64,000 bases of DNA, from NCBI GenBank assembly GCA_040756875.1, contig JBFLYH010000001.1:128001-192000 (forward strand), given 5' to 3'. The notes beneath the pieces were generated by a model that searched no databases, had not been told where the DNA came from, and saw nothing but the letters and a program-made list of their open reading frames with translations. Numbering within the stretch: the stretch's first letter is position 1; each line of letters starts with the position of its first letter. This DNA comes from a candidate division FCPU426 bacterium. Lineage in GTDB: Bacteria > Oederibacteriota > JAAXVQ01 > JAUVAV01. Below, piece after piece: positions 36,355-46,571 of this stretch. Made by a program: the position numbers and the translations under genes.

Positions 36355-38895
36355 ATGCCGGAAACGCCGTTTTCCATACCGGGACCTCAAGCTCTGCAAT
36401 TTCCGCAGGGAGCCGACCCCTATGCCATGCTGCCCTGCCCGGACCTCGGCCTTTGGCATTGGGACTTGCCCACGGGCAGTTTCAATTACGACAACCGCTG
36501 GAAGGAAATGGTGGGCTGCCCGCCGGAGGCAAACACCCGGACGCGGGCGTGGTGGGAAAACTTGATCCATCCCGAGGACCGGCCGCACCTGGCCGGCGCG
36601 GTGGAGCAAATCCATATTTACCAGGTCCCGTTCTACGAGGTGGAATACCGGCTGTGCCTTCCGGATGGGAGCTGCCGCTGGATTCTGGACCGGGGCTGGG
36701 TCAGCGCCCGGGAGGCGGATGGCAGCGTGTCCCAACTGATCGGCCTGCATTTTGACATCACCCGCCGGCGCGAGGAACAGGAACGGGCAAAGCGGAGTTA
36801 CCAGACGCAGGCGGTGTTGCATGAACTGATCAATCTTTCCCTCGAAACCTGCCAACTCAACGAATTGCTGGTCAAAGTTATCGAACGCCTGGTGACCGTC
36901 CCCTGGCTCAGCCTGGAGCCGGCCGGCGCGGTTTTCCTGGCCGAACCCAACAGCGAGGCGTTTGTCCTAATGGCCGCCTTGAACCTTCCCGGACCAGCCT
37001 GCCGCCAGTGCGCCAAGATCAAACCCGGGAATTGCTTCTGCGGACGGGCGGCCAAACTGGGCCAACCCGTGATCGTGGACACGGAACGTGAAAACCTTTC
37101 GGCCTTCATGCCGCCCCATCTGCATTACAGCCTGCCCCTGCTCACGTCCGAGCAAAGCGTGCTGGGCGTGCTGAGCCTCTACGGCAAAGGCGGACGCGTC
37201 CCGGATCTCAATGAGGTGGCGTTCCTGGTCAATGTCACCCAGGTCGTGGTCGGCATTGTGCAACGGGCGCGGGCCGAGGAAACGACGATCCGGGCCAGGG
37301 AAGCCATTGCGGCCAATGCGGCCAAAAGCGAGTTCGTGGCCCACCTGAGCCACGAGCTGCGCACGCCCTTGAACGGCATCATCGGCATGACCGACTGCCT
37401 GATGGAGACGGGTCTGTCGGTCGACAGCCGGGACTGCGCCCAGGTGATCCGCAACAGCGCCGACGTGCTGTTGACGCTGATCAACGGCGTGCTGGATCTC
37501 TCGAAGATCGAGGCGGGCAAAATGACGCTCGAGGAGCGGACGTTCGACCTCTGCCGGCTGCTGGAACAGCGCCGCAGCCTGTTCGCGGCCCAGGCGCAGG
37601 AGAAGCGCCTGGAATTCGTGTGCGCGGTGGCGGCCGGCGTGCCGCGGCGGGTGACCGGCGATGAAGCCCGGCTGTCCCAGGTGCTGATGAACCTGGTGTC
37701 CAATGCGCTCAAGTTCACCTCCGCCGGGAAGGTCGGCCTGGAAGTGAGGACGCAGGTGGAGACAGCGGAAACCGCGCTGCTGGAGTTCAAGGTGAGCGAT
37801 ACGGGCATCGGCATTCCCATGGACCGCCAGGCCGTCCTGTTCCAACCTTACGTGCAGGCCGAGGCGTCCATCTCGCGGGATTACGGCGGCACGGGCCTGG
37901 GGCTCTCAATTTCCCGGCGTCTGGTGGAGCTGATGGGAGGGCGGATCGGGCTGGAAAGCGAGCCGGGCCGGGGCTCGACTTTTTGGTTTACCGTGGAGGT
38001 GCGCAAACCGGCCGCCGGCGAGGAACCTGGGCCCAAGACTGAATCCCAGGGGGAAAACCACGCCCGGCCGGATGAAAACAGGGTCAAGGGAAGCATCCTC
38101 GTGGCCGAAGATAATCCTACGAACCAGAATGTGATCCGCCGCATGCTGGGCAAACTGGGTTACCAGCCGATCCTGGCCGGGAATGGCCGGGAGGCCCTGG
38201 AATTGCTTGAACAGCGTGCGTTTGACTTGATATTCATGGACATCCAAATGCCCGAAATGGACGGGCTGACCGCCACGCGGAAAATCCGGTTCGGAACGCT
38301 GCCCGAACTCCGGCGTGCGATACCGATTGTGGCCATGACCGCGCATGCGCTGGCCAGCGACCGGGAAAAGTGCCTGAACGCAGGGATGAACGATTTTATC
38401 ACCAAACCGATACGGCTCGACGCGCTGGCGGAGACGCTGCAGAAGAACCTGCCGGCAAACCACCCGGCCCCGGCGCCGGAATCGGAGCCGAAACGCGAAC
38501 CGGCCGCGGAGGACGACGGAAAGGTTTTTTCATACTCGCAGGCTTTGGAACGGTTCGGAGGGGACAGGGAATTGCTGATTGAGATTTTGGACACTTTCTC
38601 GCAGGATGCGCCGGCGCAGATCGACGGCTTGACCCGCGCCTGGTCCGGAGGCGCGGAAGCGCAGGAGGTGGCCAACCGCGCCCATACGCTCAAAGGCGCC
38701 GCCGGCAACGCCGGCGCCCTGAGCCTGCAAGACATGGCCGCGGCTTTGCAACACGCGGCTGAAGCCGGCGACCTGAAAAAGGCTGAAACGCTGGTGCAGG
38801 CCATTCCCGGGGAGTATGCGCGGTTTCAAGACGCCTGGAAACGGTTCAGTATACAGGCATCGGAAGGAGGAGCGTATGCGAACGCTGGTGGTTGA
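36355..38895 (+). CDS. Cytoplasmic hybrid sensor kinase (PAS-GAF-HisKA-HATPase-REC-Hpt)
   Basis: [42 protein letters not shown]. Confidence 0.92.
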   Translation: MPETPFSIPGPQALQFPQGADPYAMLPCPDLGLWHWDLPTGSFNYDNRWKEMVGCPPEANTRTRAWWENLIHPEDRPHLAGAVEQIHIYQVPFYEVEYRLCLPDGSCRWILDRGWVSAREADGSVSQLIGLHFDITRRREEQERAKRSYQTQAVLHELINLSLETCQLNELLVKVIERLVTVPWLSLEPAGAVFLAEPNSEAFVLMAALNLPGPACRQCAKIKPGNCFCGRAAKLGQPVIVDTERENLSAFMPPHLHYSLPLLTSEQSVLGVLSLYGKGGRVPDLNEVAFLVNVTQVVVGIVQRARAEETTIRAREAIAANAAKSEFVAHLSHELRTPLNGIIGMTDCLMETGLSVDSRDCAQVIRNSADVLLTLINGVLDLSKIEAGKMTLEERTFDLCRLLEQRRSLFAAQAQEKRLEFVCAVAAGVPRRVTGDEARLSQVLMNLVSNALKFTSAGKVGLEVRTQVETAETALLEFKVSDTGIGIPMDRQAVLFQPYVQAEASISRDYGGTGLGLSISRRLVELMGGRIGLESEPGRGSTFWFTVEVRKPAAGEEPGPKTESQGENHARPDENRVKGSILVAEDNPTNQNVIRRMLGKLGYQPILAGNGREALELLEQRAFDLIFMDIQMPEMDGLTATRKIRFGTLPELRRAIPIVAMTAHALASDREKCLNAGMNDFITKPIRLDALAETLQKNLPANHPAPAPESEPKREPAAEDDGKVFSYSQALERFGGDRELLIEILDTFSQDAPAQIDGLTRAWSGGAEAQEVANRAHTLKGAAGNAGALSLQDMAAALQHAAEAGDLKKAETLVQAIPGEYARFQDAWKRFSIQASEGGAYANAGG

Positions 38896-39274
38896 GGACG
38901 ATTTCACCAGCCGGAAGCTGCTGCAGCGTTTCCTGGCGTTCTACGGGGAATGCGACGTGGCGGTCAACGGCACGGAGGCGGTGGAGGCTTTCAGGGAGAG
39001 CCTGAAGAGGGGCGACCGTTATGATCTGATCTGCCTGGACATCCGCCTGCCGGAAAAAAACGGCCATGAGGTGCTGGAGGAGATTCGCCGCATCGAGGCG
39101 GAACGGGGCATCAACGGCCTGGACGCCTCCAAAGTCATCATGACGACCGCGGCAGGCGACGCCAAGAGCGTCTGCTCCGCGTTCCGCTCGCAATGCGACG
39201 GCTACCTCGTCAAACCGTACGACCGCAGCAAGATGGCCGTGCAGTTGAAGGAACTGGGGTTGATCAAAATCTGA
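38876..39274 (+). CDS. Single-domain CheY-like response regulator
   Basis: VVEDD, CLDI, MTT, VKP; AGGAGG RBS; overlaps the kinase 3' end. Confidence 0.9.
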   Translation: MRTLVVEDDFTSRKLLQRFLAFYGECDVAVNGTEAVEAFRESLKRGDRYDLICLDIRLPEKNGHEVLEEIRRIEAERGINGLDASKVIMTTAAGDAKSVCSAFRSQCDGYLVKPYDRSKMAVQLKELGLIKI

Positions 39275-39284
39275 ACGCCCCGGC

Positions 39285-39575
39285 TCATTCCAAAACGTGA
39301 TCGAGGCCTGATTTGACCAGCGCTTCGATATGTGCGTCGATCAGGCGGTAAAAACAGGTTTGGCCGGCGCGGCGCCGTTCCACCAGCCGGGCGGTCCGCA
39401 GTTGGCGAAGTTGGTGGGAAACCGCGGAAATCGTCACGCCGAGCAGCCTGGCCAACTGGCCCACGGACCGCTCCCGATCTGCCAGCAACATCAACAAATG
39501 AAGCCGGCAGGGATCGCTCAAATGCCGGAACAGGTCGGCCGCCGCCTGCAACCGGGCGCGATCACCGGACTTCAC
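39285..39575 (-). CDS. ArsR/SmtB-family metalloregulator with alpha5 metal site
   Basis: SVGQLA...SAVSHQLRQLR; C-terminal DAH-x10-H-x2-E; GTGA overlap with the permease. Confidence 0.9.
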   Translation of the reverse strand: MKSGDRARLQAAADLFRHLSDPCRLHLLMLLADRERSVGQLARLLGVTISAVSHQLRQLRTARLVERRRAGQTCFYRLIDAHIEALVKSGLDHVLE

Positions 39576-40858
39576 GGCTGCCTCCGGCCGGAATCAGGCA
39601 CTTGGTAACCCGCTTCCTGCACCGCCCGGGCCAGTTGTTCGCGTTCCAAATCCCGCCCCCATACCAGCGCACAGCCGTGTTCCAAATCCACGCTGACATT
39701 TTTCACGTTGGGCAATTTGGACAGCGCGCTTTCCACCCGCCGGGCGCAGGACTGGCAGCTCATGCCCGCGACCGGCAGTGAGGTCCGTTCTTCCTGGGCG
39801 CGCCGACTGCGGCGGCCGAGCCAGGCTGTAGCATCCAGCCACGACCAGCGTGCGATCAGGGCCGCCAGCGCAGCCGCGGCCAGGGCGCTGACAACCTGCC
39901 AGACCGGCGACGCAGTGTGATGATGGTGAAGGCCGAGGATCCAGCCCGAGGAATTGCCCCCCAGCCAGGTTTGGAAGATCCAGCCGAAAACCATGCTGCC
40001 CAGGACGATCGTGGCCAGATACACCGCGAGGTTCTTCCAGCCCAAGGTCCGGTAGACCGCGCCCACGGTGGCGGCATTGGAGGCCGGGCCGGCCATTAGA
40101 AACACCAGCGCGGACCCCAGGGGCAGGCCGGCTGCGATCAGCGAGGCTGCGATGGGGACCGATCCCGTGGCGCAGACGTACAGGGGCAGGGAGATCAGCA
40201 ACATCAGCAGCATGCCCAGTGGTCCCTGCAAGGCCGGGATGTGGGCCAGGGACTGCGCGGGGAACACGACCGCGATCAGGGCCGCGATCAGAATGCCGGC
40301 CGCGAGGTAGCGGTAAATGCCACCCAACAGCTCTTCCACGGTATAGCTGTAAAAGACCTTCAGCCCTTGGGTGAACGAAAGGCGCGCGGGCGAAGCGGCA
40401 GGCCCGGGAGTAGGGGGCGGCGCCGGAGCCGAAGCGGACGGACGGCCTTCCAATCCGTGCGTCACCAGGCCGCCGACGACGCCGGTGACCAGGGCAGCCG
40501 CCACCTTGAACAGGGCGAAAGGCCAGCCAAAAAACGAGGCGCTGACCATCACGGAATCCAGCCCGGTCTGAGGCGTGCTGATCAGGAAACCGACCGTGGC
40601 GCCATCGCTGGCGCCGGATTTTTTCAGGCCCAAGGCGGTCGGGATCACTCCGCAGGAACAGAGGGGAAGGGGAACGCCAATGGCCACGGTCTTAAAGATG
40701 CTCGACAACCTGCGCCCGCCCAGGTGCCGCGAGACGAAGTCAGCGGGCAGAAACAGCTTCAATAATCCTGCAATGGCCATGCCCAGGAACAACCAGGGGG
40801 CCAGTTCGGTCAGAATAGACCAAAGGGAAAACAGGTAATTGCTTATCAAGGACCACAT
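39572..40858 (-). CDS. ArsP/SO_0444-type metal permease with C-terminal HMA domain
   Basis: PLCSCGVIP, STPQTG, LYVCATGSVP, AGPASN; HMA GMSCQSC. Confidence 0.88.
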   Translation of the reverse strand: MWSLISNYLFSLWSILTELAPWLFLGMAIAGLLKLFLPADFVSRHLGGRRLSSIFKTVAIGVPLPLCSCGVIPTALGLKKSGASDGATVGFLISTPQTGLDSVMVSASFFGWPFALFKVAAALVTGVVGGLVTHGLEGRPSASAPAPPPTPGPAASPARLSFTQGLKVFYSYTVEELLGGIYRYLAAGILIAALIAVVFPAQSLAHIPALQGPLGMLLMLLISLPLYVCATGSVPIAASLIAAGLPLGSALVFLMAGPASNAATVGAVYRTLGWKNLAVYLATIVLGSMVFGWIFQTWLGGNSSGWILGLHHHHTASPVWQVVSALAAAALAALIARWSWLDATAWLGRRSRRAQEERTSLPVAGMSCQSCARRVESALSKLPNVKNVSVDLEHGCALVWGRDLEREQLARAVQEAGYQVPDSGRRQP

Positions 40859-40918
40859 GGCAGGTCCTCCTTTCACAAGCCGCTCCGCCGCAAAATCCGG
40901 CAGTAGTCGATATTTTAA

Positions 40919-40970
40919 TATTTGAATAACTATTCAAATAAACAATACAACGGTATTGCCCGTTTGTCAA
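40919..40970 (-). promoter_or_regulatory. Sigma70 promoter and SmtB/ArsR operator of the permease-arsR operon
   Basis: Minus strand TTGACA-N17-TATTGT followed by the perfect palindrome TATTTGAATA-N2-TATTCAAATA (40919-40940). Confidence 0.8.
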
Positions 40971-40985
40971 GGGGTGGAAAAGAGC

Positions 40986-42122
40986 TCAAGTATGGGGGTG
41001 AAGCCGGGTGACGATGGCGGCGGAGGTCAGGCGAAATCCCGCGGCCGAAGCTTCCGCGCCGCGCAACCGGATGAGGTCGCCGCGCCGCAGGTCCGGAAAT
41101 ACCCGGTTGGAATCGGAGACATCCCGGGGATGCAGAGCCAGGCCCACGCGGCCTGCGGGTCCGCAAGCTAGGAAACGCCAGCGCCCGTTTTTGGAACGCA
41201 TGCGTTCGGACACGATCAGGAAATCCTCGTTGCCGGCTTCCGGACGGGAATCAGGGGCGGGTGTCAGAACCAACAGGGAGGCTTTCAGCGTTTCCTTCTT
41301 GAACCCGGCCCGGATGATCAGGCGCTTGATAAACGCGCCGGGCTGCCACTCCCACTCCTGATGGCAGCTGTCCACCGGCGGGACCAGGGCCGGACAAGGG
41401 GCCGGAGTCAGGCAGGGGGCGGCCAGGCCGAACCCTTCGGCCAGGGCCTGATTCCGTACGTGCAGCAAATCCCTCGAGGTGGCGGTCAGGGCGGGTTCGA
41501 GGATCACCAGCCACCCGGAACGCCTGAGCAGGGGACGCAGCCCGGCCAGCAAGGCGGTCCGGCGCCGGATCCGGTCCGGCGCGCCGGACCAAAGTTCGTT
41601 CAAAACGTGCTGGAACCCTATGGCGTCAAAGCTGCCGGAAAGCCGCGTTTCGTCCAGGGGGTTCCACTCTCGGCAGTCGTGCGGCAAACCCGCCAGTTGC
41701 GCCAGCCGGTCCGCGAGCCGGAGGATTCTGCGGCTGCGGTCGGCGAAAGTCGCCCGCCGCGCGCCCAAATCGAATGCCGCCGCGGCCAGGGGGCCGGCGC
41801 CTGCGCCCAGTTCCAGCCAGGACTGCGGCACGCGGGGCAAACGGCGGAGCGTATGGAAAGCCTGCAGATAGGAGAGCGGCCAGAAGTAGAGCAGGTAGGC
41901 GCCGAGCAGGTCGGGGGCCCGGAAATAATCCTCGCCGGCCAGGCGGCGTTCGCGCGTCAGGCCGTGCGAGAGCTTCTGCATGCCCCGGACCACCGTCCGT
42001 TCTTCATCCGGCGAGAGGCGTGCTGACGGCCCGGACGGCAGGCCGGCCGCCTCCCGCCAGACAGCGGTCAGGCGCGGCCACCAGCGGTCCAGTTCAGGCC
42101 CGGGCGTTCGCTTGGGGGGCAT
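40986..42122 (-). CDS. Rsm22/METTL17-like SAM-dependent methyltransferase-fold protein
   Basis: AYLLYFWP, ELGAGAG, HVLNEL, ILEPA, APC-x5-CP-x7-CH. Confidence 0.75.
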   Translation of the reverse strand: MPPKRTPGPELDRWWPRLTAVWREAAGLPSGPSARLSPDEERTVVRGMQKLSHGLTRERRLAGEDYFRAPDLLGAYLLYFWPLSYLQAFHTLRRLPRVPQSWLELGAGAGPLAAAAFDLGARRATFADRSRRILRLADRLAQLAGLPHDCREWNPLDETRLSGSFDAIGFQHVLNELWSGAPDRIRRRTALLAGLRPLLRRSGWLVILEPALTATSRDLLHVRNQALAEGFGLAAPCLTPAPCPALVPPVDSCHQEWEWQPGAFIKRLIIRAGFKKETLKASLLVLTPAPDSRPEAGNEDFLIVSERMRSKNGRWRFLACGPAGRVGLALHPRDVSDSNRVFPDLRRGDLIRLRGAEASAAGFRLTSAAIVTRLHPHT

Positions 42123-42137
42123 GTCCGGGGAAGGGAA

Positions 42138-43049
42138 CTAACGGGTGACCTTGGCTTCCAGCTTGGCGAACTTGTCGAACGGCTTGGCGTCCGTGGAGAC
42201 CCGTCCGCAGCGGCGCAGCACCGCTTCCTCCTCGGGCGTGGGCTGCACCAGATAGGTGGTGGGCGTGAAGTGGTCCAGTTTCCGGCCCGCGCGTTTCAAA
42301 CGGAGCGTGTTTTGTTCCAGACGGCGGTAGCTCAGCGGCTGCATGGAGGCCATGCGGTAGGTCCAGCCCATGCCGAAGCAGGGCATATCCACGCGTGCGG
42401 TCAGCAGGCGGGGGAATACCGAGGTCAGGGTTTTATAGATGGTGGCGAAGGATTCCGGAAAAAGAAAGTAATTGTCCGTGTGGATGGAAAGGATGCCGCC
42501 GGGCTTCAAGCGGGAGCGGCACAGCCGGTAGAACTCCCGGGTGTACAGCATTTTCGATGGGCCGTGAGGCTCGGTCAGATCCACCACCAGGACATCGAAT
42601 TGCTCGCGGTTGTCCTCCAGCCATTTGCGCGCGTCGGTGTAAATGATCTCGATGCGCGGATCCCGCCTGACCCGGCGGATGACGGGGTAATGGCGCGTGC
42701 AGAAATCCACCACCCCGCGGTCGATCTCCAGCATGAGGATGCGCTCCAGGGAGGGGAACTTGGCCGCTTCCTCCAGGGCGAAGCAGTCGCCGCCGCCGAG
42801 GATGCACAGGCTGCGGGGCCGGGCATGGGCCAGCAGCGGCGCTGACACCAGGTATTGGTGGTAGCGGTTTTCGTCGCCTTCGGAAATCTGGATCTTGCCG
42901 TCCAGAAACAGCAGGGTGCCGAACGTGCCGTGTCGGAAGATTTCCATGCTTTGGAACTTGGAGCGCCCCCTGTAAAGGGGCCGCCCGAGGTAGCAATGGC
43001 CGAAGTCGTTGTTTACCCATTCGGTTTTTTGCGCGCTGGTTTTGCCCAT
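42138..43049 (-). CDS. speE: Spermidine synthase-family aminopropyltransferase
   Basis: SKFQ, LFLDGKIQ, DE..YH, LGGGD, LEID, DAR, VVDLTEP; GGGAGGG RBS. Confidence 0.8.
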   Translation of the reverse strand: MGKTSAQKTEWVNNDFGHCYLGRPLYRGRSKFQSMEIFRHGTFGTLLFLDGKIQISEGDENRYHQYLVSAPLLAHARPRSLCILGGGDCFALEEAAKFPSLERILMLEIDRGVVDFCTRHYPVIRRVRRDPRIEIIYTDARKWLEDNREQFDVLVVDLTEPHGPSKMLYTREFYRLCRSRLKPGGILSIHTDNYFLFPESFATIYKTLTSVFPRLLTARVDMPCFGMGWTYRMASMQPLSYRRLEQNTLRLKRAGRKLDHFTPTTYLVQPTPEEEAVLRRCGRVSTDAKPFDKFAKLEAKVTR

Positions 43050-43173
43050 GAAAGACCCTCCCGTAAATTGATGAGCGCACATTATGCCATAAACCTTTGC
43101 CTGCCGGGTAAAAAATGCTTGCCGCAGGGGCGCGCCGGAGGTATAGAATAAGGCCGGATTGAGGAGGGGAAAC

Positions 43174-43734
43174 ATGCCCAAACCAGGCGGATATCGGAAG
43201 GCGGCAGTGGCGGTCATTCTGGGCGGATTATTGGCCGCCGGTTGCGCTACCCGGCCCGAATCAGGCCCTGCGGCGGCCACGGAGGTGAGCGGCATGAAGA
43301 TCAGCAGTCCTGCTTTCCAGACAGGGCAGCCCATCCCTGCCCGTTATACCTGCGACGGCGAAGACCTTTCTCCGGCACTGTCCTGGTCCGGTGTTCCGGC
43401 CGGCGCCAAAAGCCTGGCCATGATTTGCGAAGACCCGGATGCGCCCATGGGCACCTGGGTTCACTGGATTGTCATCAATATCCTGCCGGCTGCTTCCGGC
43501 ATTCCGGAGAGCGGCCCCTTGCCTGCCGGCGCGGTGGAAGTGAAGAATAGTTTCGGCAAAACCGCTTACGGCGGTCCCTGTCCCCCCGGAGGGACCCACC
43601 GCTATTTTTTCAGGTTGTATGCCCTCGACACGGAACGTCTCGATACGCTGACCCTGGCCAATTACCGCACCCAGCTTCAGCCGCACATTCTGGCGCAGGC
43701 AGAATGGATGGGAACCTACCGCAGAAACCGTTGA
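43174..43734 (+). CDS. YbhB/YbcL (PEBP/RKIP-like) lipoprotein
   Basis: Lipobox AAGC; DPDAP, WVHW, YGGPCPP, HRYFF. Confidence 0.92.
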   Translation: MPKPGGYRKAAVAVILGGLLAAGCATRPESGPAAATEVSGMKISSPAFQTGQPIPARYTCDGEDLSPALSWSGVPAGAKSLAMICEDPDAPMGTWVHWIVINILPAASGIPESGPLPAGAVEVKNSFGKTAYGGPCPPGGTHRYFFRLYALDTERLDTLTLANYRTQLQPHILAQAEWMGTYRRNR

Positions 43735-43778
43735 TCTTGGCCGGTTTTTTATAACCCGCTGTTTTCCCGCTTAGGCCA

Positions 43779-43805
43779 GAACTTTCCCTCCCTCCGAAGG
43801 TCTAA
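43779..43805 (+). promoter_or_regulatory. ECF (sigmaE/AlgU-type) promoter upstream of the barrel-lpoB-lipoprotein operon
   Basis: GAACTT-N16-TCTAA, followed by an 8-bp inverted repeat GAGAATGT/ACATTCTC (43806-43828). Confidence 0.6.
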
Positions 43806-43959
43806 GAGAATGTGCAATGGACATTCTCGAGGGGTATGATCATGCTTTTAAAACCGCTTCCACCCTAACAGCGCTTTCGATCCTGGCAAGTACATTTTGA
43901 TTGTGTTCAATGGGTGCGATGGATAGAATATATCCACTTTGGCCAAGGAGGCAGCTAAA

Positions 43960-44481
43960 ATGAAAAAAATCGTGATCGGGTTGATGGCAGGAATGGTTCT
44001 GATGGGGCTGGCGGTCGGCTCGCAAGCAAGGGTGACGGAAAAAGTCGAAGCCATGATCGCGGAAAACACCCCTCTGAAAGTCAATGACACGGATTTGTGG
44101 ATTCAAGTCGGTTATCCGCTGCTGGTGGGACTGCAGTACGACAAATATGCGACCGGCAATCTGGTTTTGGGCGGAGGCGCCGGTTCCTATCTGAACGGCT
44201 TTTCCCTGGATTTATCCGTGAAATACCTCTTTTTAACCGGAAAATTTTCGCCTTTCATCGCGGCCGGCCCGGTGCTGTACTACACGGATCCCAATAAAAA
44301 CCTCTTCGGGATTTATGGGACCGCCGGGCTGGGTTATTTCTTCGACAGTGGTTTGGGGCTTTCCCTGGGCGTGACCTTTGTGCGCGCCATTACCGAGAGC
44401 GCCCAACCGTGGAGCTATCCCTGGGTGAATGACAAGCTGAGCCAGGCGTCGGCGCAGTTCGGCTTTCATTGGAATTACTAA
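43960..44481 (+). CDS. Small outer-membrane beta-barrel-like protein
   Basis: Signal peptide, amphipathic strands, ends FGFHWNY; AAGGAGG RBS. Confidence 0.7.
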   Translation: MKKIVIGLMAGMVLMGLAVGSQARVTEKVEAMIAENTPLKVNDTDLWIQVGYPLLVGLQYDKYATGNLVLGGGAGSYLNGFSLDLSVKYLFLTGKFSPFIAAGPVLYYTDPNKNLFGIYGTAGLGYFFDSGLGLSLGVTFVRAITESAQPWSYPWVNDKLSQASAQFGFHWNY

Positions 44482-44519
44482 ATCGTCCGCCGAGACAAAA
44501 CTCAAAGGAGGGATTGGCA

Positions 44520-45122
44520 ATGAGAAAATGGTGGTGGGTAGGCGCGGTGGTTCTGAGCGCGGGCCTGTTGGCCGGCTGCGGCATGGAGGTCAAGCGGATT
44601 TCGCCGGACGAGGTCGTGGACCTGTCCGGACGCTGGAACGACACGGACTCCAAGCTGGTGGCCGAGGAAATGGTGAAGGAAGCTCTGGCCAGGCCTTGGC
44701 TTTCCAAGTATATGAAAGCCCACGGCGGCAATGAGCCCAAAGTGATCGTCGGGACCATTGCCAACAAGAGCGACGAGCATATCGCCATCGATACGTTCGT
44801 CAAGGACATCGAGCGCGAGCTGACCAACTCCGGCATGGTGCAATTCGTCGCCACCAAGAGCGAGCGCGAGGAGATCCGCGAAGAACGCGAAGACCAGCAG
44901 ACCTGGTCCTCACAGGACACCCGCAAGGAAATGTACGACGAAACCGGCGCGGATTATATGATGAAGGGCGTCATCTCCAAAATCACGGATTCGCGCGACA
45001 GCAAGGCGACCTTCTATTACCAGGTCGACATGGAGCTGGTTGACCTGCAGAAGAACCTGAAGGTATGGTTCGGCAACAAGCAGATTAAAAAGTACATCAA
45101 ACGCCCGGGCGCCCGCTTCTAA
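44520..45122 (+). CDS. lpoB: LpoB-like lipoprotein (penicillin-binding protein activator family)
   Basis: Lipobox LAGC; DLSGRWNDTD, NKSDEHI, GADY, YYQVDMELVD...VW. Confidence 0.75.
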   Translation: MRKWWWVGAVVLSAGLLAGCGMEVKRISPDEVVDLSGRWNDTDSKLVAEEMVKEALARPWLSKYMKAHGGNEPKVIVGTIANKSDEHIAIDTFVKDIERELTNSGMVQFVATKSEREEIREEREDQQTWSSQDTRKEMYDETGADYMMKGVISKITDSRDSKATFYYQVDMELVDLQKNLKVWFGNKQIKKYIKRPGARF

Positions 45123-45143
45123 CCGGCCCCCGCAGCGTTTCTC

Positions 45144-46571
45144 ATGACGAGCCGCCGGCCGTTGCCCATCCTGGACGCGTCCCGAACCGGAGCCGAATCC
45201 GGCCCGGTTCGGGGCGTTTCCCCTGCCTTCACCCCCGCTCCGGGCAAACGGACCGCGGTTCTGGCTTTTGTCGTGCTCTCCGCCTGGCTGCTGACGGGGT
45301 GCGGCGGGGTGCGCGTGGCCAAACAAGTTGCGGCTGACGCGGCGGCGGGGAATTACGGCGCGGCGCTGCAATTGATGGAAAAAGAAAAACAGCAGTATTC
45401 CGGCCCCAATAACCTCCTGTATTACATGGATAAAGGCTCCCTCCTGCAACGCGTCGGCCAATACGGGGACAGCACCCAGGAACTGGAGGAGGCCGAGCGC
45501 CTGGTGGAGGAGTTGTACGGCACGAGCGTCAGCGAAGCCGCGGCCTCCATGTTGGTCAATGACATGAGCCTTTCCTACACCGGCGAAGACTTCGAACAGG
45601 TTATGATCAACGCCCTGAAGGCGCTCAACTTCCTGTATATCAACGATCTGGAAGGCGCCGGCGTGGAGGCGCGGAAAGTCAACACCCTGCTGCTCAAACT
45701 GGCGGACAAATACGGCAACGACGCCGTTTACCAGCAGGATGCTTTTGCCCGCTACCTGGCCGCTTTCGCGTATGAGGCCGGCCGGGACTACAACAACGCC
45801 TACATTGATTATAAGAAAGCCTACGAAGGATTCCAGTGGTACGAGAAGCATTTCGGCATGCCCATGCCCGCGTTGATCAAGTCGGATCTGTTGAGGCTGT
45901 CCCACCGGCTGAGGTTCGACGACGAATACCAGCGGTGGCGGGGCGTATTCGGCCCGGATGTTCCGGAGCCGGGCTCCAGGCCTAGGAAACAGGGCGAAAT
46001 CCTGCTGGTGGTTTACGACGGGCTCATCCCGGCCAAGGAAACCCGGTACGTGGCCACGGAGATCACGGATCCGGACGGCCACCCTTATGCGCTCAAGGTG
46101 GCGTTCCCGATTTTCCGTCCCCGGCCCAACATAGTGGAGCGCGTGCGCGTGGGGCTGGAGGACGGCAGCACGGTTGACAGCGAATTGATGGAACCCCTGG
46201 ACGCCATCGCCTACCAGAACCTCGAACAGCGCATCGGCCTGATTTCAGCCAAGGCGATCGCGCGGGCCACGGCCAAGTACATCGCCTCCTTCCAGGCCCG
46301 CAAAGCCGCGCGGGCCGGGAGCGAAGGCGCCGGCATGCTGGTGGGCTTGGCGGCCAATGTCTTCACCTGGGCCACGGAACAGGCGGACACCCGTTCCTGG
46401 CGCACGTTGCCAAACCGTTTCCACGTGTTGCGCCTGCCGTTGCCGGCCGGCGAACACCAGCTGGAAGTCCGCTTGAAAACCATTTATGGCGACGTCCGCG
46501 CTCTGCCGCCTTTGACGGTGAAATTGAAAAAGGGCGAAAAAAAAGTCATCCCGCTCTACGTTCCGCGCTGA
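45144..46571 (+). CDS. COG3014-type TPR-like lipoprotein
   Basis: Lipobox LTGC, YTGEDFE, EQADTRSWRTLP; follows lpoB as is common for this family. Confidence 0.75.
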   Translation: MTSRRPLPILDASRTGAESGPVRGVSPAFTPAPGKRTAVLAFVVLSAWLLTGCGGVRVAKQVAADAAAGNYGAALQLMEKEKQQYSGPNNLLYYMDKGSLLQRVGQYGDSTQELEEAERLVEELYGTSVSEAAASMLVNDMSLSYTGEDFEQVMINALKALNFLYINDLEGAGVEARKVNTLLLKLADKYGNDAVYQQDAFARYLAAFAYEAGRDYNNAYIDYKKAYEGFQWYEKHFGMPMPALIKSDLLRLSHRLRFDDEYQRWRGVFGPDVPEPGSRPRKQGEILLVVYDGLIPAKETRYVATEITDPDGHPYALKVAFPIFRPRPNIVERVRVGLEDGSTVDSELMEPLDAIAYQNLEQRIGLISAKAIARATAKYIASFQARKAARAGSEGAGMLVGLAANVFTWATEQADTRSWRTLPNRFHVLRLPLPAGEHQLEVRLKTIYGDVRALPPLTVKLKKGEKKVIPLYVPR

